Source: Dehalococcoidales bacterium
GTDB taxonomy: Bacteria; Chloroflexota; Dehalococcoidia; Dehalococcoidales; W693
DNA length: 64,000 nucleotides
Direction: 5' to 3'
NCBI GenBank assembly: GCA_034431095.1
Contig: DAOUDM010000035.1
Coordinates: 844 to 64,843 of the forward strand
How positions within the stretch are numbered: position 1 is the first letter of the stretch; the number at the start of each line of letters is the position of its first letter. The position numbers and the translations under genes are program-made. Positions 37,084-44,613 of the stretch are shown in pieces. Below the pieces are notes generated by a model. The model had not been told where the DNA came from. It saw nothing but the letters and a program-made list of their open reading frames with translations, and ran no database searches.

Positions 37084-37281
37084 TCATTTTAGTTTTGGTT
37101 TTTTATCCAAGACTTCCTTCAAAGGAATTTCAATTACACAAAAGGCGTTTTTTCTCAGAGTTGTAAATTGACCCTTATCTCTACCAGACCTTTGCATCAC
37201 CCGTACAGGTGCTATCTTAAATGCCTCTACAGCAATTTTATCGCCTTTTAATGCATCCCCTTGATTACGATATGTTGGCAT
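37084..37281 (-). CDS. Hypothetical small protein (65 aa), third gene of the low-GC three-gene operon
   Basis: ATG at 37281 (MPTYRNQGDALKGDKIAVEAF...). It overlaps the upstream gene by 17 nt and has a basic C-terminus, DKKPKLK. I recognise no family. Confidence 0.45.
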   Translation of the reverse strand: MPTYRNQGDALKGDKIAVEAFKIAPVRVMQRSGRDKGQFTTLRKNAFCVIEIPLKEVLDKKPKLK

Positions 37282-37777
37282 CTAAGCCTATTTCCCTACT
37301 TTTCTGTAATTCATTACAAATATCAACAACTATTTCAAGGTCTAATTGTAGTTCTTGAGCAATGTCAGAGTAATAAAGCGTTCGCCCCGTAGAAAAGAGA
37401 TTGCGTATTTCCTCTTTTGCTTCTTCTCTTGAAATCTCTCTAAGTACAATTACCCTTTCTTCTGGTATGTAAGATTCAATGTTTGCTAGGCGTTTTTCAA
37501 TTGCTAATATACTCATTTTTAAGAAATAGTTCTCAGCCAGTAGCTGTGCATTATGTTGTTGAAGCCAATCAGATGACGATATGCTTGTAGTAAACACTGG
37601 GGAATCTACAATGCCAGCAAACAGCCTCTCTTTGAATTCAATCATTTCACTAGGCATTCCAACAGATGACTCAGTAGCAGAGCTACCAATAACTAAAGTA
37701 TTTTCGTCGAACTTTGAATATATGTTTCTCATTAAACCTAGCTCTGATATAGTCCCTGATGCTCCTTGTTCAAGCAT
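37265..37777 (-). CDS. Hypothetical protein with a C-terminal winged-helix-like segment, second gene of the low-GC operon
   Basis: The track ORF starts at a TTG (37798). The ATG at 37777 (MLEQGASG...) lies 10 nt downstream of AAGGAG and overlaps the upstream stop (ATGCTTGA). The C-terminal REISREEAKEEIRNLFSTGRTLYYSDIAQELQLDLEIVVDICNELQKSREI looks like a wHTH; this is inference. Confidence 0.55.
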   Translation of the reverse strand: MLEQGASGTISELGLMRNIYSKFDENTLVIGSSATESSVGMPSEMIEFKERLFAGIVDSPVFTTSISSSDWLQQHNAQLLAENYFLKMSILAIEKRLANIESYIPEERVIVLREISREEAKEEIRNLFSTGRTLYYSDIAQELQLDLEIVVDICNELQKSREIGLDANIS

Positions 37778-38372
37778 TCTTACATAACTCCTTAACAATT
37801 GTTTCGGCTTTTTCTAACGTCACTGATTGCATACTTAATCTTTCCTTAACTTCTTCTAGGCTGGCTATATTAGAATGAAAGTTAAAAGTTGCTCGAATTT
37901 GTTGTTCTTTAACCAATGATGGCGATACTAAAAAGGTAACTATAAATTTCTCGAACTTAAATACTACTGTAGCTCCAAGCTCGTAGGTTGCTGAAAATAA
38001 CTTGCTAAGCTTCTCATTGTCAGGAGAAAAGATAGTGCCTAAATCACAGTTTTCTCTAGAAAAGGTATAATGGTAATTAAGCCCTAGACCTTTATATGGA
38101 GTTTCGGGAAGGATGTCGACAAATTTCGTTGCGATAGTAATTAGTTTATTCAAAGTATCTCGGTTTATTTTTTTAGTTGTTATTTGAAGTTTCCTTTCAT
38201 CGACCACTAGGCTTAAATCCTCACTCTCGATAAGGGCAAAAACGGGGGTATGAATAAAATTACTGACAGTATCAGTAAATATGCCTTTCTGGTAGAGCCA
38301 TTCTTTAGATATAATAGATGGATTATAGTTTGAGGCTAGGACAACAACATTTGCACTATTTGGTGAAATCAT
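37770..38372 (-). CDS. Hypothetical protein (200 aa), first gene of the low-GC operon
   Basis: MISPNSANVVVLASNYNPSIISKEWLYQKGIF... The pattern suggests a soluble, beta-rich protein, with no motif I can assign. GC is about 33% against about 57% in the flanking plsY. No obvious SD lies upstream. Confidence 0.6.
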   Translation of the reverse strand: MISPNSANVVVLASNYNPSIISKEWLYQKGIFTDTVSNFIHTPVFALIESEDLSLVVDERKLQITTKKINRDTLNKLITIATKFVDILPETPYKGLGLNYHYTFSRENCDLGTIFSPDNEKLSKLFSATYELGATVVFKFEKFIVTFLVSPSLVKEQQIRATFNFHSNIASLEEVKERLSMQSVTLEKAETIVKELCKNA

Positions 38373-38408
38373 TTATAAAAGTTTGGGAGTTAAAAGTTAC
38401 CCTTAAGT

Positions 38409-38463
38409 ATTATAACATAATTACTTGATTTACACCTATACACCCTTTATCACTTTTTGTCAA
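38409..38463 (-). promoter_or_regulatory. Candidate promoter(s) of the low-GC three-gene operon
   Basis: The reverse strand has an extended -10, TGTTATAAT (TATAAT at 38409-38414). Further upstream is TTGACA (38458-38463), a 17-nt spacer, then TATAGG (38435-38440). Confidence 0.4.
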
Positions 38464-38487
38464 TACCACCTATATTTATGAAATTTA

Positions 38488-39735
38488 TTAACTATATCCT
38501 CTCACCAGCCCCTCCTCATCTTCCCTCGTCCTGACCTTGCCGTCCAGCCGTGCATCGATTAGCTGGCCAAGAAGTTCTTTAATGCGTGGACCTTGAGGAA
38601 CCCCCATCTTTATCAGGTCGTCGCCGGTGAGTATCGGCTTTACCGTGTGTAGCTTATCCAGATATAGTTGAAGGTGCTGGCGAGCCTGTGGCAAGTCGCT
38701 GGCGATGAGGTTGGCGGTTAACGACTGCGTTGAATAGCCTTCGAGCAGGTGATGGACGGCACTTGGCTTTAGTTTGGAATCAGCCAACTGTGATATCTTG
38801 GCTTTGATGCTGGCGGTATCCTGCAGGGTTTTAGCAAGCGTCTTGGGTAATCTGAGGTATGAGATAAGTTTATCCCTCGGCTTGTTATCCAGTTTGTAGG
38901 TTAACAGTGCCAGATACAGACCTACCGGGGGGCGGCTGGGTGAGCTTGCCTCTCGCGCCTGGCGGAACTTTTCTGCCAGCCAGCCGTTGCCTTTCAGTGC
39001 CGGCTCCAGTTTTGCCAGGACGCCCAGTTCACTAGCGCGGCGGAAGACCTTCTCCGGGAACTCCTCCTTGAGGATACACTCAAGTTCATAGCGGATGCGG
39101 TCGCCGCTTATGGTGTCCAGCATGGGTATATCTCGTTTCAGCAGGCGGAGGGTTTCCGGCTCCAGCTGAAAATCCAGCCTCTGCTCGTAGCGTAGACCGC
39201 GCCAGATACGCGTAGAATCGTCAATGAAGCTCTTTTGGTGCAGGAAGCGTATCATCCTACCCCCCAGGTCTTTTTGCCCGCCGTACGGGTCAATCAGGCG
39301 TCCGTAACCTTTGGGGTTGAGACCGATAGCCATAGCGTTGATGGTAAAGTCGCGGCGGCGGAGGTCGTCGCTCAGGGAGCCGGGCTTTACCATGGGCAGG
39401 GCGCCGGGTTGGGCGTAGCTTTCCTTGCGGGCGGAAGCCAGGTCGATGCTCCACCCGTGCCAGACAATCTTGGCGGTGTTAAAACGCTTATGGACGGTGA
39501 TTTTCCCGGTTTCGTCGTCCGATAGCTCACGGGCGAGGGCTATGGCGTCGCCCTCCACTACCAGGTCGATGTCGAGGTTGGTCTTGTCTAGCAGCAGGTC
39601 ACGCACGATGCCGCCGACAAGATAAAGTCTTTCCCCTTTGCTATCAGCCAGCCTGCCGGCATCTTGGATAAAAGCAAACAGTCCGCCGGGCAATCGCTTC
39701 TCTATTTTCCGGGTGAGGTTATCGCTTTTAGCCAT
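38488..39735 (-). CDS. cca: CCA-adding enzyme / tRNA nucleotidyltransferase (PolyA_pol family)
   Basis: 415 aa. LYLVGGIVRDLLLDKTNLDIDLVVEGD is the GG(x)VRD...DxD nucleotidyltransferase motif, followed by RRRDFTINAMA. This is consistent with both tRNA genes in the window lacking an encoded CCA. Confidence 0.85.
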   Translation of the reverse strand: MAKSDNLTRKIEKRLPGGLFAFIQDAGRLADSKGERLYLVGGIVRDLLLDKTNLDIDLVVEGDAIALARELSDDETGKITVHKRFNTAKIVWHGWSIDLASARKESYAQPGALPMVKPGSLSDDLRRRDFTINAMAIGLNPKGYGRLIDPYGGQKDLGGRMIRFLHQKSFIDDSTRIWRGLRYEQRLDFQLEPETLRLLKRDIPMLDTISGDRIRYELECILKEEFPEKVFRRASELGVLAKLEPALKGNGWLAEKFRQAREASSPSRPPVGLYLALLTYKLDNKPRDKLISYLRLPKTLAKTLQDTASIKAKISQLADSKLKPSAVHHLLEGYSTQSLTANLIASDLPQARQHLQLYLDKLHTVKPILTGDDLIKMGVPQGPRIKELLGQLIDARLDGKVRTREDEEGLVRGYS

Positions 39736-39818
39736 TATTTTATCCAGCCTTAGAAGTAGTCCGCATTATAGCACAGCTTTCGGCGGCAATGTTTTCGTCT
39801 TCTTGCGGTGCGGGACTA

Positions 39819-40115
39819 CCTCACTCCCTTTAATCCCCTCTCCTTGTAAGGAGAGGGGAAGTTTAGTTTGGAGGGACGCAGTCCCTCCAAACCTCCCGCT
39901 ATGTCCTACCCCTAGAAAAATAGGGATAGGCATACCATAAAAACTGGGGTAGACACGCTACAGAAAAGCAGGGGAGTTGGGGGGCTGCCGCCCCTTAAAT
40001 AAAACATTCCCTCTCCCTTTGGCAAAGGGAGAGGGATAAAGGGTGAGGGATTTATAATAATTTAGCCCCCTCTTTAACTTATATTCCCCTTCCCTAACAA
40101 GGAAAGGGGTCAGGG
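39819..40115. repeat. G/C-rich hairpin-module cluster, locus D
   Basis: It starts with CCTCACTCCCTT-TAAT, then CCCCTCTCCTT-GT-AAGGAGAGGGG (39835-39858). Next are GGAGGGAC-GCA-GTCCCTCC plus AAACCTCCCGC (39870-39899) and CCTACCCCTA-N6-TAGGGATAGG (39905-39930). These are followed by GGGGC-TGCC-GCCCC (39981-39994) and TCCCTCTCCCTTTG-G-CAAAGGGAGAGGGA (40008-40036) with the tail TAAAGGGTGAGGGATTT. The last hairpin is CCCCTTCCC-TAACAA-GGAAAGGGG (40086-40109). ORF 39638..39940 is an artefact. Confidence 0.9.
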
Positions 40116-40213
40116 GATATGTTGTTTTTATCAAAAAGGAAAAGTTACCGCTGCATTCATTCTGTTGCCATAGACCTCCTGTTCTCTTATAATGAGACCT
40201 CAGGACTTAAAGT

Positions 40214-40765
40214 ATGAAAGTTGTTGCTATTGTGGGTATGGCTGGAGCCGGTAAGACCGAGGTCGCCAGGCTGTTTGAGAAGGAGGGGTTTGCCCGGATA
40301 AGGTTTGGCGATATAACCGACGAAGAAGTCAAGAAGCAAGGCTTGAAGCTAAACGAGGAGAACGAGCGCCGTGCCCGGGAGTCGCTCAGAAAAAGGTACG
40401 GCATGGCGGCTTACGCCATGCTTAATCTGTCACGGATTGACCTGGCTTTGAAGCAGACGCCGGTGGCGATTGATGGCCTCTATTCCTGGGAAGAGTACAC
40501 CTTTCTGAAAAACTACTACCAGGAGCGGTTCTGCGTCGTCGCTGTCTGGGCATCGCCGAGAACCAGGTATGCACGATTATCAACCAGAGGTGAGCGTCCG
40601 CTGACCGAAGATGAAGCTGCCGGGCGGGACAGGGCAGAGGTCGAGGGGGTTAACAAAAGCGGGCCTATCGCTATGGCTGACTTCACTATCCTGAACGAGT
40701 CCACGCTGAAAGAGCTGAAGAAGGAAGTGAAGAAGACGATTTCCATTTTGAGGAGGCATGATTGA
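40214..40765 (+). CDS. P-loop nucleotide/nucleoside-kinase-like protein (UPF0200 / dephospho-CoA-kinase-like fold)
   Basis: 183 aa with Walker A GMAGAGKT at the N-terminus. The overall pattern, MKVVAIVGMAGAGKTEVARLFEKEGF...IDGLYSWEEY...RLSTRGERPLTEDEAAGRDRAE, resembles archaeal-type UPF0200 kinases. Its stop overlaps the start of the dCMP deaminase gene by 4 nt. Confidence 0.65.
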   Translation: MKVVAIVGMAGAGKTEVARLFEKEGFARIRFGDITDEEVKKQGLKLNEENERRARESLRKRYGMAAYAMLNLSRIDLALKQTPVAIDGLYSWEEYTFLKNYYQERFCVVAVWASPRTRYARLSTRGERPLTEDEAAGRDRAEVEGVNKSGPIAMADFTILNESTLKELKKEVKKTISILRRHD

Positions 40766-41235
40766 AAAGACCGGATACCGATGAATATTTCCTTAAAGTA
40801 GCCGCCGTGGTCGCTGAGCGCTCCACCTGCCGCCGCCACCACATCGGGGCGGTGGCGGTCCGGGACAAGCATATTCTGGCTACCGGTTACAACGGCGCCC
40901 CGGCCGGTTTCAAGGACTGCCTTGAGCTGGGCTGTCTCCGGGATGAGCTTGAGATACCATCCGGGGAAAGGCATGAAATCTGCCGGGCTATTCACGCCGA
41001 GCAGAATGTCATCATTCAGGCCGCCCTCCACGGCGTCAGCCTTGAGAGCAGTACTATATACGCCACTCATACGCCGTGTGTCCTGTGTGCCAAGATGCTG
41101 ACCAATGCCAAGATAAAGCGTTACGTCAGCTTCGGCAGGTACAACGACGATGCTTTTACCCAGCTGTTCCGGGAGGCTGACATAGGGCTTGACATAAAAG
41201 ATAAACCGTCATCACAGATAGAATGCCTGGAATAA
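40762..41235 (+). CDS. Deoxycytidylate (dCMP) deaminase, ComEB-type zinc deaminase
   Basis: 157 aa. The TTG start is preceded by GAGGAGG. DEYFLKVAAVVAERSTCRRHHIGAV, HAEQNVI and PCVLCAKML are the zinc-binding H-A-E / PC-x2-C motifs. Confidence 0.9.
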   Translation: MKRPDTDEYFLKVAAVVAERSTCRRHHIGAVAVRDKHILATGYNGAPAGFKDCLELGCLRDELEIPSGERHEICRAIHAEQNVIIQAALHGVSLESSTIYATHTPCVLCAKMLTNAKIKRYVSFGRYNDDAFTQLFREADIGLDIKDKPSSQIECLE

Positions 41236-41309
41236 TATTTATAATATTATTGCCTTAAACCGTATTATTTGTGGTATAATCGGCACAGTGTTTGCGTTTG
41301 AGACAGGTT

Positions 41310-42224
41310 ATGTCCGTACCACAGGCTAAGGTAATAGTCAATCCGGTGGCTGGTGCCAGCACCACCTATCGCAAGTGGCCCCGTATCAGCGAACTACTGC
41401 ATCATATTGGCTTTGCCTTCGAGTTCCAGTATACCGAGGGTGTCGGCCATGCCATAGAGCTGGCTCGTGAGGCGGCTAGTGGTGGTTGCCAGTTCCTGGT
41501 GGCTGTCGGCGGAGACGGCACGGTAAACGAGGTAGCCAACGGTATACTGTTATCCAAGGGATTAAGAAATGCCACTATTGGCATCATCAGCACCGGTACC
41601 GGCGGCGATTTTGTCCGTTCGGCGGGTATCGACCGGGACTACATCAAGGCATGCTCATCGCTTACCGGAGCGCAGAGGCGGTTGATTGATGTCGGCGTCG
41701 TCGAATACCACAAGGACGGGCAGATTTGCGAGCGTTTCTTTGTCAATTCTGCCGGCGTCGGCTTCGATGCCGCCGTAGCCGAGACCTCCAGTCGCCTGCC
41801 CAAGTTTCTGGGCGGCACTATCCCCTATATTATAGGCTTGCTGAAGTCCCTGGTGGGTTATCGGAATAAACAGGTTGTCATGAAGGTGGACGACAGGGAG
41901 GAGTCGGGGCGCATATTGAGCGTGGTGGTGGCTAACGGCTGCTACTTCGGTGGCGGTATGCGGGTGGCGCCACAGGCTGATATTGCTGACGGCCTGCTGG
42001 ATGTCATAGCCGTCGGCGATATGGGGAAGATTGAATTGTTGCGGGCGTTCCCGACGATATACAAAGGTACCCACATACACCACCCCAAGGTCAGGATGGA
42101 GAAGGCGACCCGGGTTGCCATAGGCTCCACGGAGAAGTTTCTGGTTCACGCCGATGGCGAGTTTCTGGGCGAAGGCCCGGTATCCTTCCGCCTGATGCCG
42201 TCTGCCTTGAGCATCGCCGTCTAG
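41310..42224 (+). CDS. Diacylglycerol/lipid kinase family protein (YegS/BmrU-like)
   Basis: ORF 41292..42224 trimmed to the ATG at 41310 (MSVPQAKVIVNPVAG). VAVGGDGTVNEV is the DAGK catalytic-domain motif. Confidence 0.85.
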   Translation: MSVPQAKVIVNPVAGASTTYRKWPRISELLHHIGFAFEFQYTEGVGHAIELAREAASGGCQFLVAVGGDGTVNEVANGILLSKGLRNATIGIISTGTGGDFVRSAGIDRDYIKACSSLTGAQRRLIDVGVVEYHKDGQICERFFVNSAGVGFDAAVAETSSRLPKFLGGTIPYIIGLLKSLVGYRNKQVVMKVDDREESGRILSVVVANGCYFGGGMRVAPQADIADGLLDVIAVGDMGKIELLRAFPTIYKGTHIHHPKVRMEKATRVAIGSTEKFLVHADGEFLGEGPVSFRLMPSALSIAV

Positions 42225-42241
42225 ACGGGGGAAAGGCGGCT

Positions 42242-42769
42242 CTAGTCTATGTTCTCTTTCTGGTAGATGCCCTGGTAGCCTTGTGTCTGGTCCGTCAGCC
42301 GGAAGAAAACAAGCTGAATGACTCTGGCGTTTCTCTGCAATTGAAACCCCTGGGGATGATAGACGACCAGCAGGGACTGGGAGCGTCCCGAGTAGCCGGC
42401 ATCCCATACCGCAGTGTTTACCGTAACGCCACAGCGGAGCAGGCTCGACCTGGGTGTCGCCAGTGCCATAATGTTTTGGGGCAGGTGGACAACCTCGTTA
42501 TAGGTGATGCTGTAGATGCCGGGTGCCAGCTGGATGAAGCCCAGCCCGTCGAATACCAGCGGCGATAGAGTAGACACCACTCGCTGGCTGTTGCTGGCGG
42601 CTACCTTGCCCGGCGACTGGAGCATAGCCACCTCTCGCAAAGTAAGGTCAACGCCGTTGGGCTGTAGCTGTTCTTCGAGGTTGATACAGCCTTCTATTAA
42701 AGGCGGCTCCTGTTTAAGTAATCCCTGTATATCTTTTTTTGTCAAAACGGTTGTCATATCAAATATCAA
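42242..42769 (-). CDS. dCTP deaminase / dUTPase-superfamily protein (archaeal-type dUTPase-like)
   Basis: 175 aa. LQPNGVDLTLREV, LATPRSSLLRCGV and AVWDAGYSGRS fit the trimeric dUTPase/Dcd fold family. Confidence 0.8.
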   Translation of the reverse strand: MIFDMTTVLTKKDIQGLLKQEPPLIEGCINLEEQLQPNGVDLTLREVAMLQSPGKVAASNSQRVVSTLSPLVFDGLGFIQLAPGIYSITYNEVVHLPQNIMALATPRSSLLRCGVTVNTAVWDAGYSGRSQSLLVVYHPQGFQLQRNARVIQLVFFRLTDQTQGYQGIYQKENID

Positions 42770-42862
42770 TCAATATAAAAGTGGCGGCTTTTGCCGTTAA
42801 TTTTAGCTTCTCCTCCCCTTTTTATCAATTTAGATAGGCGATGATATGCGATACTCAAAGGT

Positions 42863-43399
42863 CTAAAAAGTATGCGAGAGCTCCATTACTAGCATATCAA
42901 CATACTCCCCGCTAGGGAGTAACCATGAATCCTTAAGAAGTTCTGCCCTCCGAAAGCCTATCTTTTCATAAGCTTGAATAGCTCTTTGGTTAGACGGAAA
43001 GACGGTCAGGCCAAGCAAAGTAAGCCCAAGCTCATTGAAAGCGTAGTCTATCGCCTTCTTTAATGCTTCTGTGCCATATCCCTTCCCACGATACTCCCTG
43101 TCCATGATAGCAATTCCAACCTCAGCCCGGCCTTCCGCCTTATTGATACCTTTAATTGATACATAACCAATGGCTTTATTGTTAGTAGCAAGGATTATAC
43201 TGAATACTATTACTTTCCCATCTTTTAAATTTGGCAGACTTAATACCCGAGAGAAATCAATGAACCTGTCCTTCTCGTTAGGGCGGAATGGTTTCCACCC
43301 CATAGTGGCAATCAATTCGGGATCATTAGAGAGTGACATGTAGTGGTGGATATGTTCATCTTCCATGGGGGATAAGTGAATTCTATCCTCAGTTTTCAC
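42863..43399 (-). CDS. GNAT-family N-acetyltransferase (RimJ/RimL-like)
   Basis: 178 aa. The acetyl-CoA binding region is EVGIAIMDREYRGKGYGTEALKKAIDYAF...VFPSNQRAIQAYEKIGF. GC is lower than the core (about 28-50% in samples). Confidence 0.85.
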   Translation of the reverse strand: MKTEDRIHLSPMEDEHIHHYMSLSNDPELIATMGWKPFRPNEKDRFIDFSRVLSLPNLKDGKVIVFSIILATNNKAIGYVSIKGINKAEGRAEVGIAIMDREYRGKGYGTEALKKAIDYAFNELGLTLLGLTVFPSNQRAIQAYEKIGFRRAELLKDSWLLPSGEYVDMLVMELSHTF

Positions 43400-43469
43400 T
43401 CTGGCAGTTTACCACAAGGATGACTGCCTGAGGAAGCTGTCACCAACAAATGGCATAGGCTAATAAAAA

Positions 43470-43544
43470 AAGTGGCAGCGATTGGATTTGAACCAACGAC
43501 CAAGGGCTTATGAGTTCCAGCCTCTGCCTCTTCTACTTGGGGCA
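43470..43544 (-). pseudogene. tRNA remnant: perfect copy of the 3' 43 nt of the CAU tRNA plus a degenerate 5' half (att-site-like direct repeat)
   Basis: 43470-43515 (AAGTGGCAGCGATTGGATTTGAACCAACGACCAAGGGCTTATGAGT) is identical, 46 of 46, to 44438-44483. That covers tRNA positions 31-73 and 3 nt beyond. The following 30 nt (43516-43544) align only loosely with the tRNA 5' half and cannot form an acceptor stem. Confidence 0.85.
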
Positions 43545-43769
43545 TTATGTTCTCTTAGACTTCTTCTTAGTATAGGGTTGCTTTATTGTGTCTTCAAAGA
43601 AATTTGCTAATACCGACCTACCGAAATTCATTAATGCACCAACCAGTATCTGGGAAATTCTAAATAACCAGCCAGTACTGAATAGAAGTAGCGCAAGCAA
43701 AGACAATATTACTATCTCTAATACGCCCATTTGAAAATCCAGAAGAGTTTGGTAGTTATTATTATACAA
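43545..43769 (-). CDS. Hypothetical small membrane protein (74 aa or shorter)
   Basis: Hydrophobic core MGVLEIVILSLLALLLFSTGWLF...ILVGALMNF with a basic tail, KKKSKRT. It lies inside the tRNA-bounded islet. The start is uncertain, since an internal Met at MGVLE is also possible. Confidence 0.45.
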   Translation of the reverse strand: MYNNNYQTLLDFQMGVLEIVILSLLALLLFSTGWLFRISQILVGALMNFGRSVLANFFEDTIKQPYTKKKSKRT

Positions 43770-43803
43770 TACTTTCGATTGAATAGTTATCTTTTACTGA
43801 ATT

Positions 43804-44388
43804 CTAACTAGTGTCACAACCACTTAAAAGTTCTTCAATACGTTGATTGCATTTATTTATTGGCTTTTTTATTTTATTTATGGTATCTATATTTCCCCTG
43901 TTACTACCTTTAAGTGCTATTAAAGACTGGCTTTTTATACACTCTTTTAAACTTGTAATCATACCTCTATTATTTTGTAAACATAAAGCTCCAAATTCTT
44001 TGATTGTATTCGATAGAAGACTATCAGTTACTTTAGCACCTGCAAGAGTTAATTCTCTTGTGGTTTCCCCTAGATTACTATAAATCTTAAGAGCTTTCTT
44101 CAGTTCGTTCTTCCGTTCGGCTGAATCCTTAGATTGTGAAGCTATATTCATTTGGAAGGTTGCTTCAGTTAGTAAAATATCGAATTCGTACAATAAGTGT
44201 CGGAGTGGCTCCAAATAAGTTGCCCGAACCTTAGTAAGCCTCTCACGTATAGCTTCTTCTTTTTCATGTTGCATACGAGCATGCAAACGTTTATCTGCTG
44301 ATTTATTGGTAAAAATTAGTGCACCTAGTGAAGCGATTAAGGTGGCAAAAGCTGTAATAAGCGCAACAGACACTATATCAGACATCAT
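43804..44388 (-). CDS. Hypothetical membrane-anchored helical protein (194 aa)
   Basis: N-terminal TM helix IVSVALITAFATLIASLGALIF, then a long charged, helical-looking region (HEKEEAIRERLTKVRATYLEPLRHLL...). GGAGGTG lies upstream of the ATG. Low GC. Confidence 0.55.
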   Translation of the reverse strand: MMSDIVSVALITAFATLIASLGALIFTNKSADKRLHARMQHEKEEAIRERLTKVRATYLEPLRHLLYEFDILLTEATFQMNIASQSKDSAERKNELKKALKIYSNLGETTRELTLAGAKVTDSLLSNTIKEFGALCLQNNRGMITSLKECIKSQSLIALKGSNRGNIDTINKIKKPINKCNQRIEELLSGCDTS

Positions 44389-44440
44389 TCACCTCCTACG
44401 GATAGGATTATAGCATCCATTTATGCTGAAAATAAACAAG

Positions 44441-44512
44441 TGGCAGCGATTGGATTTGAACCAACGACCAAGGGCTTATGAGTCCCCTGCTCTGCCACTG
44501 AGCTACGCTGCC
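44441..44512 (-). tRNA. tRNA with CAU anticodon (elongator Met, or lysidine-dependent Ile2)
   Basis: The reverse strand reads GGCAGCGTAGCTCAGTGGCAGAGCAGGGGACTCATAAGCCCTTGGTCGTTGGTTCAAATCCAATCGCTGCCA. It folds with a 7-bp acceptor, a GCTC/GAGC D stem, loop CTCATAA (anticodon = rc of 44478-44480), and T arm GTTGG-TTCAAAT-CCAAT. The G1:C72 pair argues against an initiator. No CCA is encoded. The body resembles my recollection of E. coli ileX at least as much as metT. Confidence 0.9.
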
Positions 44513-44549
44513 ATTATGTCCTGATTTTAGCTTTATATCAGCCCCTGGT

Positions 44550-44578
44550 ATTGTATAATCCTGTTGCCGTGTTGTCAA
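44550..44578 (-). promoter_or_regulatory. Candidate promoter of the CAU tRNA
   Basis: The reverse strand reads TTGACA (44573-44578), a 17-nt spacer, then TACAAT (44550-44555). It lies about 35 nt upstream of the tRNA 5' end. Confidence 0.5.
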
Positions 44579-44613
44579 TTTCAGGGAGATGATTTGCTCG
44601 GGCTGGGTAGACT

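Larger units (their letters stand above)
43470..44440 (-). mobile_element. Degenerate tRNA-associated genomic islet (two small membrane-protein genes, no integrase)
   Basis: Bounded by the intact CAU tRNA (44441-44512) and the 46-nt direct repeat of its 3' half (43470-43515). The cargo is AT-rich. No recombinase is present. Confidence 0.5.

Noticed and set aside
37084-37281. Assigning the 65-aa third gene of the low-GC operon to a known antitoxin-like family (DUF2283-type or AbrB-type).
   Set aside because: There are only faint pattern similarities (GDAL..., ...VIEI...) and key conserved positions are missing. That is too weak to state without a profile search.
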